Below the pieces are notes generated by a model. It saw only the letters and a program-made list of their open reading frames with translations, made no database searches and was not told where the DNA came from. DNA of 63,922 bases, counting the filler, from Octopus bimaculoides (taxonomy: Eukaryota): NCBI RefSeq assembly GCF_001194135.2. It is 3 parts of 3 records of this genome, joined end to end, with 100 filler letters (N's around TTAATTAATTAA, not from the genome) between each part and the next. Parts side by side here need not be neighbours in the genome. Positions count along the whole stretch, not along the records: positions 1 to 17,197 come from NC_068986.1; 2 more parts are not named here. The stretch is one strand, 5' to 3'. The position numbers were made by a program, and so were the translations under genes. This document shows positions 1 through 11,692 of the stretch, piece after piece. The stretch's first letter is position 1, and the number at the start of each line of letters is the position of its first letter.

Positions 1-28
1 GAAACTGTGAAAAGTATAAAGGGGAAAC

Positions 29-69
<41 letters not shown>

Positions 70-186
70 TGATAATAATGATGATAATAATAATAATAAT
101 GATAATGATAATAATAATGATAATAATAATAGTAATAAATATTATAATAATGAAAATGAGAAAAATAATAATAATGATAATAATTA

Positions 187-242
<56 letters not shown>

Positions 243-400
243 ATAACAACGATAATAATACTAATGATAATAATAAATATTACAATAATAATAATGATAA
301 TGATAATGATAACAATAATAATGATAATAATAAAAATAATAATAGCAATAATAATAATAGTAATGATGATGATGATGATGATGATGGTAATAATAATAAT
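1..400. repeat. Degenerate (AAT)n/(GAT)n trinucleotide microsatellite
   Basis: Direct reading; it produces the poly-Ile/Met pseudo-ORF 66..440. Confidence 0.97.
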
Positions 401-557
401 GGTTTTTGGCGATAATTACACACGGTTAGGACAGTACTGATAGAGCTGGTATAAAATGATACGGTGAAAAATCTCTTATCACCTAACATGATATTGTGAA
501 GACCAGCAAATAAAATCAGTGAAAAAGGGGGGAAAAACAAAAGAAAACAAAAGTGAG

Positions 558-912
558 ATAAATCCAGGCAAAGTGTGGAAGTGTAGCGAAAGCAATAACG
601 TTTAGCAGAAACCAAGAACCTAGAATAAGCTGTTGTCTTGGTTCCGTCTCATTGTCAAGTAGAAATATCAATCACAAGAACAAGAAGAATGGCTGTCATG
701 AGCGTTGTTGTTTCAACGTTCTCTTTTATTTATTCTATTTCATAGTATTACGTAAGTGAGAGCTCCATATTAAATTATATAATAATGTAGGTGCGATTAT
801 ATATATATAGAGAGAGACAGCTAATAAATTCATATGCGTTTACGCCGATGTGCTTGTGAGCGATCTCTCTCTCTCTCTCTTCTCTTCTCTCTCCTCCTCC
901 GCCTCGCACTCG

Positions 913-952
<40 letters not shown>

Positions 953-999
953 TTCTGCTAAACGTTATTGCTTTCGTTCCACACTTTGCTTGGATTTAT
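558..999. repeat. Inverted repeat pair (558-611 vs 952-999) around a (CT)n tract
   Basis: ATAAATCCAGGCAAAGTGTGGAA[GTGTAG]CGAAAGCAATAACGTTTAGCAGAAA matches the reverse complement of 952-999 with 1 mismatch and a 6-bp indel. Confidence 0.9.
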
Positions 1000-1115
1000 A
1001 TTTCTATAAACCCATATCTATATTGACATTTTTCTATATATATATATATATATATATATCTATACATATTTGTGTAACTCCAAGATGAACGCGCGCGCGC
1101 GGGTGTGTACACGTA

Positions 1116-1625
1116 CGAAGTGCGTTCAGAAAGTACCCGACTTTATTTTTTCCCTCCAAATCTAATATAGCCTTGGCGAAAATATTTGGGTGAGATGTGA
1201 AGCCACCGTTCTTGAGCTCAGAGGAAGACGTTCTCGTCGGTAGGCTGCGTCAGCCGGCAACCAATGCAGCTAGAGTACAGACATGTAGTGCCCACTGGTC
1301 TGATTTTCCTTTTCTCCGAACACACCGAGCAGAGATATTCCATCAAGAATCGAAACAATCGTGGGTGTACTCGAGTTCAAGTCATTCAGGATATATATTT
1401 CTCCATTGGCGATGACGCTGCTGCGAAGACTCAGGTTAAGGAGTGGTACAACAACTTCAAGATGGCTTTGCCTTAGTGGAGAACGAGGCAAACTCAGGGG
1501 TACCATTCAGAAGCCGAAACGTGGATATGATTCAGAGAGTTCGGCGAATATTCATGGAAGACAGTCGTTCAACAATCCAGGAAGTTGCTCATAAGGTGGG
1601 TTTAAGCACAGGGTCAGTCAGTGCA
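1116..1625 (+). mobile_element. Mariner (Tc1/mariner) 5' fragment: TIR-like end plus frameshifted transposase N-terminal HTH region
   Basis: TA followed by CGAAGTGCGTTCAGAAAGTACCCGAC. Translations EQRYSIK...IGDDAAAKTQVKEWYNNFK and DGFALVENEANSGVPFRSRN...EDSRSTIQEVAHKVGLSTGSV resemble the mariner paired-like DNA-binding domain. Truncated at a (TG)n tract. Confidence 0.8.
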
Positions 1626-3001
1626 TGTGTGTGTGTGTGTGTATGTGTGTGTGTATGCATATATGTATATAACCCCTTTAACTCTTGATATCGTTTCTCT
1701 TACGTGTAAGTCGCACCGTTTTGTATGTAAACATATACACCGTTTTTGTATTAAATGTATTTACTATTTTTCGTATATCGACTTGCCTAACTTGCTTATT
1801 CTTACATTTACTCCTCTGCCTGGTCAAGTTTAAACCTCTTGAGCACTACGAAGTGTATTCCGTGGGAAGAATATCTGTCACTCATCTATGCGTCTGTCTG
1901 TCTATCAATCTATCTATGTATATACACATGCATATATACATATGTATCAATACCTAACCGTTAGATACTCAGTCAGACAACACGAGTACACCTACGTAGT
2001 TTCACGTGGTCGGTCTACAAATCGACCTACGAGCGTATGGCTGTCTCATGATGTGGTTTTCGTGAATGTTCTTCTTGTCCATTATATGAAAAAACGCTTT
2101 TGACGCTTTTCTAATCACAGAGTGGGTAGGTGGTTGAACGACTTTCGCCTCCACTCTTGCCGCAGTCAGTTCAAGAGATTTACGCAGACTTCACCAAGTA
2201 ATCGTTTACGTAATGTTTCATAACTTCTACAGATGCCGCTTTTTGTTCTCTCTCCCCCAGTCTGCATGTATTAATATAATTTATATTCTAAACAATCAAC
2301 TCCGAATACTTTGTGTCCGGCAATTATTATTTGAATTTAATATTCGTGGTTTTGCTTCAGCTTTTATTCACGCAGCCAACGAAATAGTTCTAAATTTCCC
2401 TGCTCCTGAAGCGACACGCATTGAAACCACTAGCGATGTATAGAACAAGATATGCAGATATATCTATGTGTTTGTGTGCGTGATGTATATGAATGTACGT
2501 GTGTGTGAACGTGTGTGTGATGGATGTGAGTGTGTGATGTGTGGATGTGCCTACATGTGTGAAGAAGGATATTCTTAAAATAAAATTTATTAACTATTTA
2601 AAATATGTTAGAAAAACAGGATCACATGAACCGTTTGGAAGGAAATGTTCGCCTTGTGTGTTAGCACCTCCGTAGTTACGTATTCGAAACAACGTGCTAA
2701 GGGGTAAACACGAGTGTTTGATAAAAATATAACACGAGTTTTGTGCTATTTGCTTTTACTGAGATTACTTTTATTATATACTTAATAACATATATTTCTA
2801 GAAAAGAAAATGTATATTCTTTCTATTTTTTAATTCTTTTTCATCTTTCAGTCATTTAACTGTGGCCATGCTGGATATTTGCAAACCTTCAAGCACATAT
2901 ATATGTATGAGTGTGTGTGTGGGGGTTCTATTCGTTCTATTTGTATACATATATATACATATATATATGTGTGTGTGTGTGTGTGTGAGTGTGTATTGGC
3001 A

Positions 3002-3065
<64 letters not shown>

Positions 3066-3525
3066 CCTATGTATGTGTATATATATGTATGTATGTATGT
3101 ATATGTATACACGTTGATATCAACGAAAATAGCCACTTATATGTGTATGTGTGTGTGTATATATATACATTTATATATAAACATTTTTTTATGGAGACAG
3201 GCATATTTACATATGTGAAACAAATAAGATTCACACGTTTCACCTGTTTCCACTGCGTTTGTTCAATCAATCCCACAGACGGAGAAACAAAGAAAATATA
3301 TTCATAGAAAATTACAAACCAAAACTGAATAAACCTTAACAAACTACATTCACCAACAAATTCTTCACACACAAACTAAGTCTTCTGCTTGACATGTTGA
3401 CTTTATACAGCTAACAACCTAAACGTTGCACACATTCATGACTGGTAAACGGTAGATTCTACAGGTATTTAAGTGTTGAATGGTAGAAAAATGACATTTA
3501 ATAGCTAAATTTGATGCCTGCATAT

Positions 3526-3730
3526 TGTTGTAATCCTTAATGTCGGATTGTTATAACGCCCACTTCGGTATAGCAATATAGTTGTTAGACCAGTAAAGAC
3601 ACGACTGTCTATAAACGTCAACTTCTTACTCTCTCTATACTGACCGACGTCACCTTATGTGTATAGCGACCAGCACATACCACTCATCACGCGAGTGGGG
3701 TGTACCATTATTACTATTATCTCCACAACA
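3526..3730 (-). repeat. 3' LTR (205 bp) of the Gypsy relic
   Basis: About 85% identical by eye to 5613-5818; TG...CA termini. Confidence 0.9.
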
Positions 3731-4163
3731 TCTCCACTTTTAAGCTCACAGTGTTTCGGTATCATTCTGGACATACCATCCGTATGTCCTAGTGTTATTA
3801 TGGTAAATATTCCCATTTTGTAATCATAATCCAATAATGTAGTACTCCATCGCTATAGTATATTCGCTGTGAGTGTTCGTATTGTTTTTTAGAACCGTAT
3901 ATTCACAGTAATGGGCGATTATCCGTTTGTTGACAGAAAATTCCTTCATGAATGTCTTATCACCGAATGTGATTGCTAACGCTTCCTTTTCTGTTTGGCT
4001 GTAGTTCCTTTCCGCTGGTAATAACGATCGTGACGCATGGGCAATAGACTTTTCTTGATTTAATTCATTTCGGATTACCAACATACTTCCAAATTTCTTC
4101 GTTTACAATATCACTTTTACATTATTTACATTTGACGGATATTTGTCCCCATTCTTTGTTGTT

Positions 4164-4209
4164 AACACAACGTTTCGGCTGATATACCCTTCAACCTTCA
4201 TCAGGTGTC
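4164..4209 (-). ncRNA. Minimal type I hammerhead ribozyme motif, core intact
   Basis: Minus strand GACAC-CTGATGA-A-GGTTG-AAGGGTATAT-CAGCC-GAAA-CG-TT-GTGTT. Stem I GACAC/GTGTT, stem II GGTTG/CAGCC, palindromic AACGTT helix III. Predicted GUU cleavage between 4169 and 4168. Confidence 0.65.
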
Positions 4210-4316
4210 TTGGGAAAATTTCGAACATGGGTTCTCATTCTAAAATATTTTTCGAGGTTATTATTATTATTATTATTATTGTTGTTGTTATTGTTGTTGT
4301 TGCTGTTGTTATGACC

Positions 4317-4380
4317 ACGGGCATATGGTGTAGTGGTTAAGAGAGCGGGCTACTAACCCCAAGATTCCGAGTTGGATTCT
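4317..4380 (+). promoter_or_regulatory. tRNA-derived Pol III head (A box/B box), not a functional tRNA
   Basis: A box TGGTGTAGTGG, anticodon-like arm GGG-CTACTAA-CCC, B-box-like GAGTTGGATTC (GGGTTCGATTC in the copy near 52185). No acceptor stem. Confidence 0.8.
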
Positions 4381-5612
4381 ATCAAAAAATACCTTGGGAA
4401 TGAGAACCCAGGTTCGACGTTTTCCCAAGACACCTGATGAAGGCAGGAGGGTATATCAGTTTGTTAACAACAAATAAGATCAGGACAAATATCCGTCAAA
4501 TGTAAATAATGTACATAATTCCTCATATATTGAATATAGAATTGAATTGTAATATCGCTTTCAAGTATCTTGAATCTTCTATTTTTTATTTTCCTGTTTA
4601 CGAATTTCTTCTTCGTTACAATTTTCGTTTGATGACTTACTGCTTATTATTTTTCCTTTATTCGAACGTTTTGTCATCTTGGTTTTACGGTGCACTTTCA
4701 CGTGTCCATTTTTCCACAACAGAAGCATTTCGCTTTCTTAAATAGGTTTTTTTTTTCCACAGGTGTAGACCTCCACATGCAAAACATGGGGTTTCTTTCC
4801 CCCTGGTTCTTGCCCTGTTTTTCCTGCATTTTATTACACAGTTGATTCTATTCTGCTTATTTTGACTTTGTTTCACCTGGGAGCAATCTTTATGCTCAAT
4901 TTTCACTGCGTCCTGTCTCAAATATACTAGTGTTTCACACTCTTCACACATTGGTTGTAGGATTACAGCTTGGGCGTTAATTCGTCCAGCTTGAACTTTT
5001 CTCATTCTCTACTAACTCTACCAGCATAGGTGATGTAGTTATCTTTGTTCTTTTCTAGATTCAAACATTTACAACGTGTATTGAACAACGAGCGTTTCTC
5101 ATTAGAAAGTTTACTCAATATATCTATTCTATCGTTAAAGTTTTTGTCAGAAGGTTTTCTCGGGAGTACGTAATTGCTGTAACGCCCATGTTCTCCTGCT
5201 ACCAGTCTTCTTAAGATTAAATGCCTTCATATCGTCGTCCCAATCTTTGCCCTCTTTATTGAAGATCTGTTCCTATCTTCTATAGTACGCCTCGAAGCTA
5301 ACTCCTTCGTCTGGTTCGTACTTAATATCTGTTATCGAGTTCGCAATATAATCTGGAGAGAACTTCTTTTTTTCAGTATTTTCTAACGGCTTACTCTTCA
5401 TTAATTGTGGAATTTATTGCAGTAATAGTAATTGTTGCTGCTGCTTCTGGTGTTGTTCTTGCAGTTGTTGTTGTTGCTGTTGCTTCTGCAACTCGAGCAA
5501 ACCAGTCAATAAATTTTCCATAATTCTACGATATTTTTCCGTAAAATTTGCACAAGAGAATCCTCTGTGAATTTGTTAATTGCTGGTGAGTTTGCTAATT
5601 CCCCGTGACCAC

Positions 5613-5818
5613 TGTTGTGAAACTTAATGTCAGATTGTTATAACACTCCCTTCAGTATAGAAGTATAGTAGTTAGACGAGTAAAGACACCACTATCTAAG
5701 AATGTCTACTTCATACGCTGTCTTTACTGACCGACGTCAAGTTATATACATAGCGACCAGCACATACCACTCATCACGTGGGAGGGGGTGTACCATTATT
5801 ACTATTATCCCCACAACA
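5613..5818 (-). repeat. 5' LTR (206 bp) of the Gypsy relic
   Basis: Direct repeat of 3526-3730; TG...CA termini. Confidence 0.9.
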
Positions 5819-6924
5819 AATATATAAACGTAAACCATTACTATTCACCCACTAGACTCCATACAAACAACTCATATCCGCTCTCCCACTCGACAGGTTA
5901 AACATAGAGAACTTTATATTCAGAGTGTCATTGATCCGTGCCAGCCTTGATATTGAGGGCTAAAACTATTGACACATGTTAACGCACGGGCGTAGAGGAA
6001 AACCTACACACATTTCTAAGATTACTATTAATCGTAAGAACTTCATTCACTACATTTTACAGATTAAATTCAGAGGTTCTTGCTAGGGTTTATCAGTACA
6101 CGTGTTCGCTTATTTGTGACAGCTTTAATTAACGGCGCCAAACATGTCGTCACGTGACAACATAGAGGAGAGCTTACAAGCATTTATAAACCTGATCACA
6201 AGATCATTCTGAAACAATCAAAACCTTTACAAAATCGAAACTAATTTGAGCCATGTTCTTTCTATAAACACAAGACAATATTTGAATTTCATTTATTTGT
6301 AGCTTAGCTCCATGTCTTTCTGTCTAAACTTTTGAAAATCAGAGAAATCTGTGAAACTAGTTGAGTCTTTAAAAATCTAAACGATTCCCAGTGCATTTTT
6401 TCCTTCTATTTTCTGAATGCATATATTTGTAAGTGTGAATATATGTGATGTATACATCGTCGCACACATATATGTGCCTTCATACGTGTGTGTATGTATA
6501 TATATAAACAATTATTGCAACATTACAACATCGTTTTTCTTATTTTGAATAAATACTACATCATTTCTCATTGGATAGCAAAGCATTACACAACAGGAGT
6601 GTCATTGAACTTATTTATTATTTTCACGAGTGATTCTAGAAATATCTACCATGCTACGTTTCACGGAATTTAGAATTACCTCGGAAATACTTCATACAAA
6701 ATCATATATTCATATATAAAAGCATGTTCATCTTTACATATGTATTCAAACATTCAAGACATAAATGCAAATACACACAGCCACACGCATAAATAGAGAT
6801 AGAGAGAGAAAGAGGAACATGTGTATATGTGTATGGGCGTATGTGTGTGTTTGAGACGGCTTACATAAGTATGCATACCTAAAATCATATACTTATATTT
6901 CTACACACATATTTCTATATATTT

Positions 6925-6929
6925 TGTTA

Positions 6930-6961
<32 letters not shown>

Positions 6962-6974
6962 GACACTCAGACAC

Positions 6975-7035
<61 letters not shown>

Positions 7036-7052
7036 CACATATATATATATAT
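6925..7052. repeat. Compound (AC)n-(CT)n-(AC)n-(AT)n microsatellite
   Basis: Direct reading. Confidence 0.95.
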
Positions 7053-8549
7053 GTACTAGTAATGGGGATATTAAAGAACACCTTAAACAAACATATGCAG
7101 AAACATACACTCACAGTCACACTCAGGCGCATACAGGGATACCACAAAGACACGCAAGCCCTAACAACTGTCCACACTTACACACGCATACTGCAAGTAT
7201 GTCTAACTTTTTAGTGTCGTCAATAATTCTGTAAAGAGCAAGAATTCGTTAATCACCAAATAAACTATTTGAAAGCAATACAACAGAAGTACCAAACGTG
7301 CGATGCTACGACAACACACAAGGCCTAAACGCATTAATATAACTACACATTAAAGCGATGCACATATTTACATTTGTGTACTAACACACATATAAATACA
7401 TGTGGCTATATCTATTTACCTATCTACTTATCCACACACATACACACACATATGCACACGCATATATATGGATATATATATGTGTGTATGTATGTATGTA
7501 TATATACATATGTATGTATGCATTTAGGTATATGTATATGTGTGTTGTATCGCGATAAACTATATATACATGCACATATATGTGTGTGTATGTATGTATA
7601 TATATATATATNNNNNNNNNNNNNNNNNNNNNNNNNNNNNNNNNNNNNNNNNNNNNNNNATATATATATATATACGTGTGTGTATACATATATAATAAGG
7701 AGATAAATCGAAATTTACTTGATTATATTCCAAGATTGGTTAAGGTTATGATGCAATTCTATAGACTTTTCGCCAATTTTCGAGTTTCATGGTTAGGATA
7801 TTTCTAAATATTCTACCGAAAGAAACCAGTAAATTTCTTTAAAACTCCAATTCTTCGGAAAGCCATTAAATTGTCTGCAAGCAATATATCTAGTAAATGT
7901 ATGTATATTATTGGTTGTATATTTGTTTAATTTGTTTTTCCTTTCTTTTTTTTTTTTTTTGATGATGTTTCATTACAGAGAATGGCTTTATTCCATTCCA
8001 AGCAAATATCTTTCAACCACGAAATTACTCTTAGAGAAATCGTAAACCGTAATGTCAAGTAAAAAGCATAATTTCATTTAAGAACAATTTCCCCATACAA
8101 ACAACCAAACGTTTTCTTCACATCCACACGGCAAGTTCGAAACAGATGCGTGACTCATCAGCTACATTTGTTTGATAATATTACATATAAGCAGATGACA
8201 TGGAAATAACTATAATTGAAGTTAAAATTATTTCGAAAGAACTGACTACGCGTGTGTATTTGCAGGCGTTTGTGTATTAGAAGCACAGGCTGTAAGAGTA
8301 CTTCACCCAATGTATGCGTTTACGTATCAGTGCGTTTGGCAGAATAATCTCTCGAATGAATACTTAAACATATAAAGGCTCTTACACACGCATGCGCCTA
8401 GATAACGTTGCAATATTTTTAGATATAAAAATTAGTGAAACCAAGGCGGGACATCACCCATAAGATTTCCAGTAACTCACAGAGATCTAAGATTACAGCG
8501 GTCTGTGTTCATAATAAACATAAATTATGAGATATCAGATTATGTTCAC

Positions 8550-8635
<86 letters not shown>

Positions 8636-9333
8636 TATGTATGTATGTATGTATGAGTGTATGTATGTATGTGTGTGTGTATGTATGTATGTATGTATGT
8701 ATGTATAATTTTTTTTTCTTTCGAAAAAGGTTTCTTTTTTTTTACATAATTGCTTGGAAGTGCTCAGGTCGAACCCGAGACGTTTGACATTATATAATTT
8801 GATTTAAAAAGAGACAAAACTTTAGATAATCATTTTATATTTATGATTTACATGAACATAATAAATACATAAAGACATGAAATTACATCGAGATAAGAAA
8901 CATATCTATATACCATCTAGAAATAAATAAGAGTTATGTAAAGTTAAAATGTACGTGGAAAGGATAAATAAATAAACGTTGATATATCGATTAAAAATCA
9001 TATTAAATTTTAAAACGTTGAATTAATGATTAAAAGTTTTTTAAAGATAGATCGGCAGTAGTGAGAAATCCTAATTATAGATTTAAAAGTTTAGAAGAGT
9101 TCCGAAGAAATGTTTATAGAGAGTTATAACGTCAATATGAAGCAATTCGACGCCCGTTTATGGAGTCCATTAGACAACTGGTATGAATCCTGACAATGTT
9201 CCACTTCATCAGGAATAAGTAAATAGATAATTAATTAAGTTCGAAGACATATAAGAAAAAAGAAAGTAAATCTTTGGTTACGTTAGTCGTGGGCTTCTCC
9301 ATCAGATACTATAAACTATGTGTATATGTCTGT

Positions 9334-11095
9334 CATTATTCAGTTTTCTTTCAAGGTTTCTTGCCAATAGAGAAAGAAAGAGCCGCTTTCTAACCTAGAT
9401 CCAAGTCTCTTCCGTTGGAATGTCAACAACATCAACAGGATAGTATTGCATGTATGTATGCATGTACGTATGTATATGTGCAGATTTGTATGGTCTGTTT
9501 TATGTATTCTCTTGCACATAGTTGCACGTCTAGAATACTCATGTATACTTAAATAACAAACTTCTGGGATGTTTTACAGATTTTTACAGTTCCAGTGATG
9601 AATTGGATCTGTAATCTTCGAATCAGATTGCTCCTTTCTGGTTTTGAGAAGCCTAATTCTCCAAGCTTGGTAATTTAGCAGAGTGGTACGTGTTCCAGTG
9701 CCTCAATAATTACACGCATAAACCTTAATTTGTCATCTGGGTAGAGGAGCTGCAGATTTCTCAATAGTTCAGCATAGGCCTTCTCTTTTTCCCTGATCTT
9801 CCCTGATCTTTATGTTAGATGAGCAGCTAATTTCAACAACTGAACACAGTTTCTCTTCTCTATCCTAAATCATTATAGCCCGTCTATTGTGTTTACATTT
9901 TATTGAGGTTTTCACTGAGACATTCCACCAGTACTCCTTTTTATTATGAGTGGCTATGGCTTCTAACATGCTGTGGGTTCTTATTTCTTTGTCCCCAGGG
10001 TTATCCTTCCGACGTATCTCGTTATACACTGTCCGAGCAACAGCATCATGTTTCATCGGTAGATAATACCGTGATGACATTTTCGGACAACTGCTAATGA
10101 TGTGGGTGATATTTTCAGTGTGAACTCCACAACGTCTGCATCAGTTGTCCCATCTTCCTGCTTTTCCTGCTCCACTGTCCCTATTGTGCATGAGGTATTT
10201 GGTTGATATTTCCTGTTCCTGGATTGCAAACGCATACCCTTCAAAATGAAAGGTTGTATTCCGGTTATTAGTCCGTGATACTGTTTTGATGGTCAATGTT
10301 ACTGTCATATCGGAGCTTTCTACTAACATATCCATGTTAATCTGCTACTGATATACGCTCATCCTTTCGCCTAATGATACGTTGCGGTAGAGTCGTACAA
10401 CCTCTTTGAGCATGTATTTAAGCTTATAAAACAAGGAATACTGCTCAAAGGGATTTCTTCCAAGTGTTATCAACCTCATGTATGCAAACTTGGTCAAGGG
10501 CTGCACTTCGACATTTGCTATTTAATAGATGTTGCCGAACGGATATGATACGATGTTCAAAAGCTGTCTGGATCGATGTTAAGCCTCTGCCGCCTTGTTT
10601 TTCGTTTTAGGTAGAGGCGGTCTACGTAAGTGCTAATATGAAGCTTGTGTTGATTAGTATAGTCTGCGTTTTCACATCAATAGCTCCGCTCCCATCAAGC
10701 GTCTAATCACGTAGCTGAAATATTATTATGAGTTCTGGCACTGCAAACACACAGTGGGCCACTGCTTTATTGAATGCGCAGAGTTCAAATTTTCTTTATT
10801 CGACTGTAATATTCTTTAGTGACAGGTGTTTTTTTTTTACGGGTACTATTGTAAGGTATGCTTTCATCCATCCCCAGTTACTTGTAGAGTACTCCATCAG
10901 ATATAATGGGAACAATCAAATGATTGATGGAGATGTTGCTAGTCTGGTTTACAGTTTTCCCTCTTTTCACAACCAATTTAACAACATTTATCCTGTTCAA
11001 ACTCCTGCCCCGTATCTTTTGAGAATGTTGCAACCAGGTCATAGATCTTTTTTCATCTGGTGCATATTATTTGCATATATTTTCAAGTCACTTAC
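9334..11095 (-). mobile_element. 5'-truncated, decayed R4/Dong-like non-LTR retrotransposon (RT C-terminus plus restriction-like endonuclease)
   Basis: Minus-strand remnants DLKIYANNMHQM (RT), RLYLKRK-GGRGL, MSSRYYLPMKHDAVART, EYWWNVSVKTSIKCKHNR (HNRPD-like), AYAELLRNLQLLYP and GTVKICKT. The 3' UTR ends in GAATAATG. Confidence 0.8.
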
Positions 11096-11524
11096 AACGT
11101 AACAGTGTGTAATTTCATTATTTATGCTTCCTTGTGAACCTGTGAGATATCCTTCCTACTTCCTTAACATGCATGAATGACAAGGGCTTTACAGAAAGCA
11201 TAAACAACATCACAAAGAGGCTGTCTCCTTGGAATAAGCCTCAATGATACTGTATTCTATCAGTGATAATACAATCATTCATTGTATTTAATTTCAAGAT
11301 CACAGGCCATTGTATTTAATTTCAAGATCACAGGTATGGTTTTGAAAATGCGCAATAGAACTTTAACAATGCTCACTAGAAATTTAACAGGTCGAAGAGT
11401 TTCTGTCATCCATGAGTGGGGAACAGAGTGAAAGGTTTGTGGTACAGGTTGATATGATATGGTTAGTAGGTAGAAGGTTAGCATCTTGTACCAATATCTA
11501 ATTCTTAAGCCACTTCCAGGTTTG

Positions 11525-11692
11525 TGTATGTATGTATGTATGTATGTATGTATGTATGTATGTATTTATGTATATATGTATGTATGTATGTATTTATGTA
11601 TATATGTATGTATGTTTGTATGCATGTATGTATATACGTATGTATGCATGTATGCATGTATGCATGTATGTATGTATGTATGTATGTATGTA
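11525..11692. repeat. (TATG)n tetranucleotide microsatellite
   Basis: Direct reading. Confidence 0.97.

Larger units (their letters stand above)
4118..4544. mobile_element. Head-to-head inverted dimer of a tRNA-headed, hammerhead-bearing element, nested in the Gypsy protease region
   Basis: Minus arm ~4118-4256 and plus arm ~4317-4544 are reverse complements over ~130 bp and are separated by (ATT)n/(GTT)n. Protease-like sequence stops and resumes on either side. Confidence 0.85.
3526..5818 (-). mobile_element. Internally deleted Ty3/Gypsy LTR retrotransposon (K02A2.6-like gag-pol relic) with both LTRs
   Basis: Direct repeats 3526-3730 and 5613-5818, each TGTTGT...ACAACA. PPT-like AAAAGTGGAGA precedes the 3' LTR on the minus strand, and TGGTCACGG follows the 5' LTR. 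Minus-strand remnants: gag (FSPDYIANSITDIKYEPDEGVSFEAYY, SLFNTRCKCLNL), Zn-knuckle (CFACGGLH), protease (SDIVNEEIWKYVGNP) and RNase H (EKSIAHASRSLLPAERNYSQTEKEALAI). Flanks CATAT/AATAT are a near 5-bp TSD. Confidence 0.9.

Noticed and set aside
4317-4380. tRNA gene
   Set aside because: It has A/B boxes and an anticodon-like arm but no acceptor stem, and it is joined to a repeat body; a SINE-type head. The same applies to 52178-52242, 19351 and 46447.
5280-5310. CAGACGAAGGAGTTAGCTTCGA on the minus strand as an HHR
   Set aside because: It lies within the gag coding remnant (PDEGVSFE) and lacks both CUGA and GAAA.
11280-11334. 27-bp direct repeat CATTGTATTTAATTTCAAGATCACAGG x2
   Set aside because: Only two adjacent copies with no spacer; an ordinary slippage duplication, not CRISPR-like.
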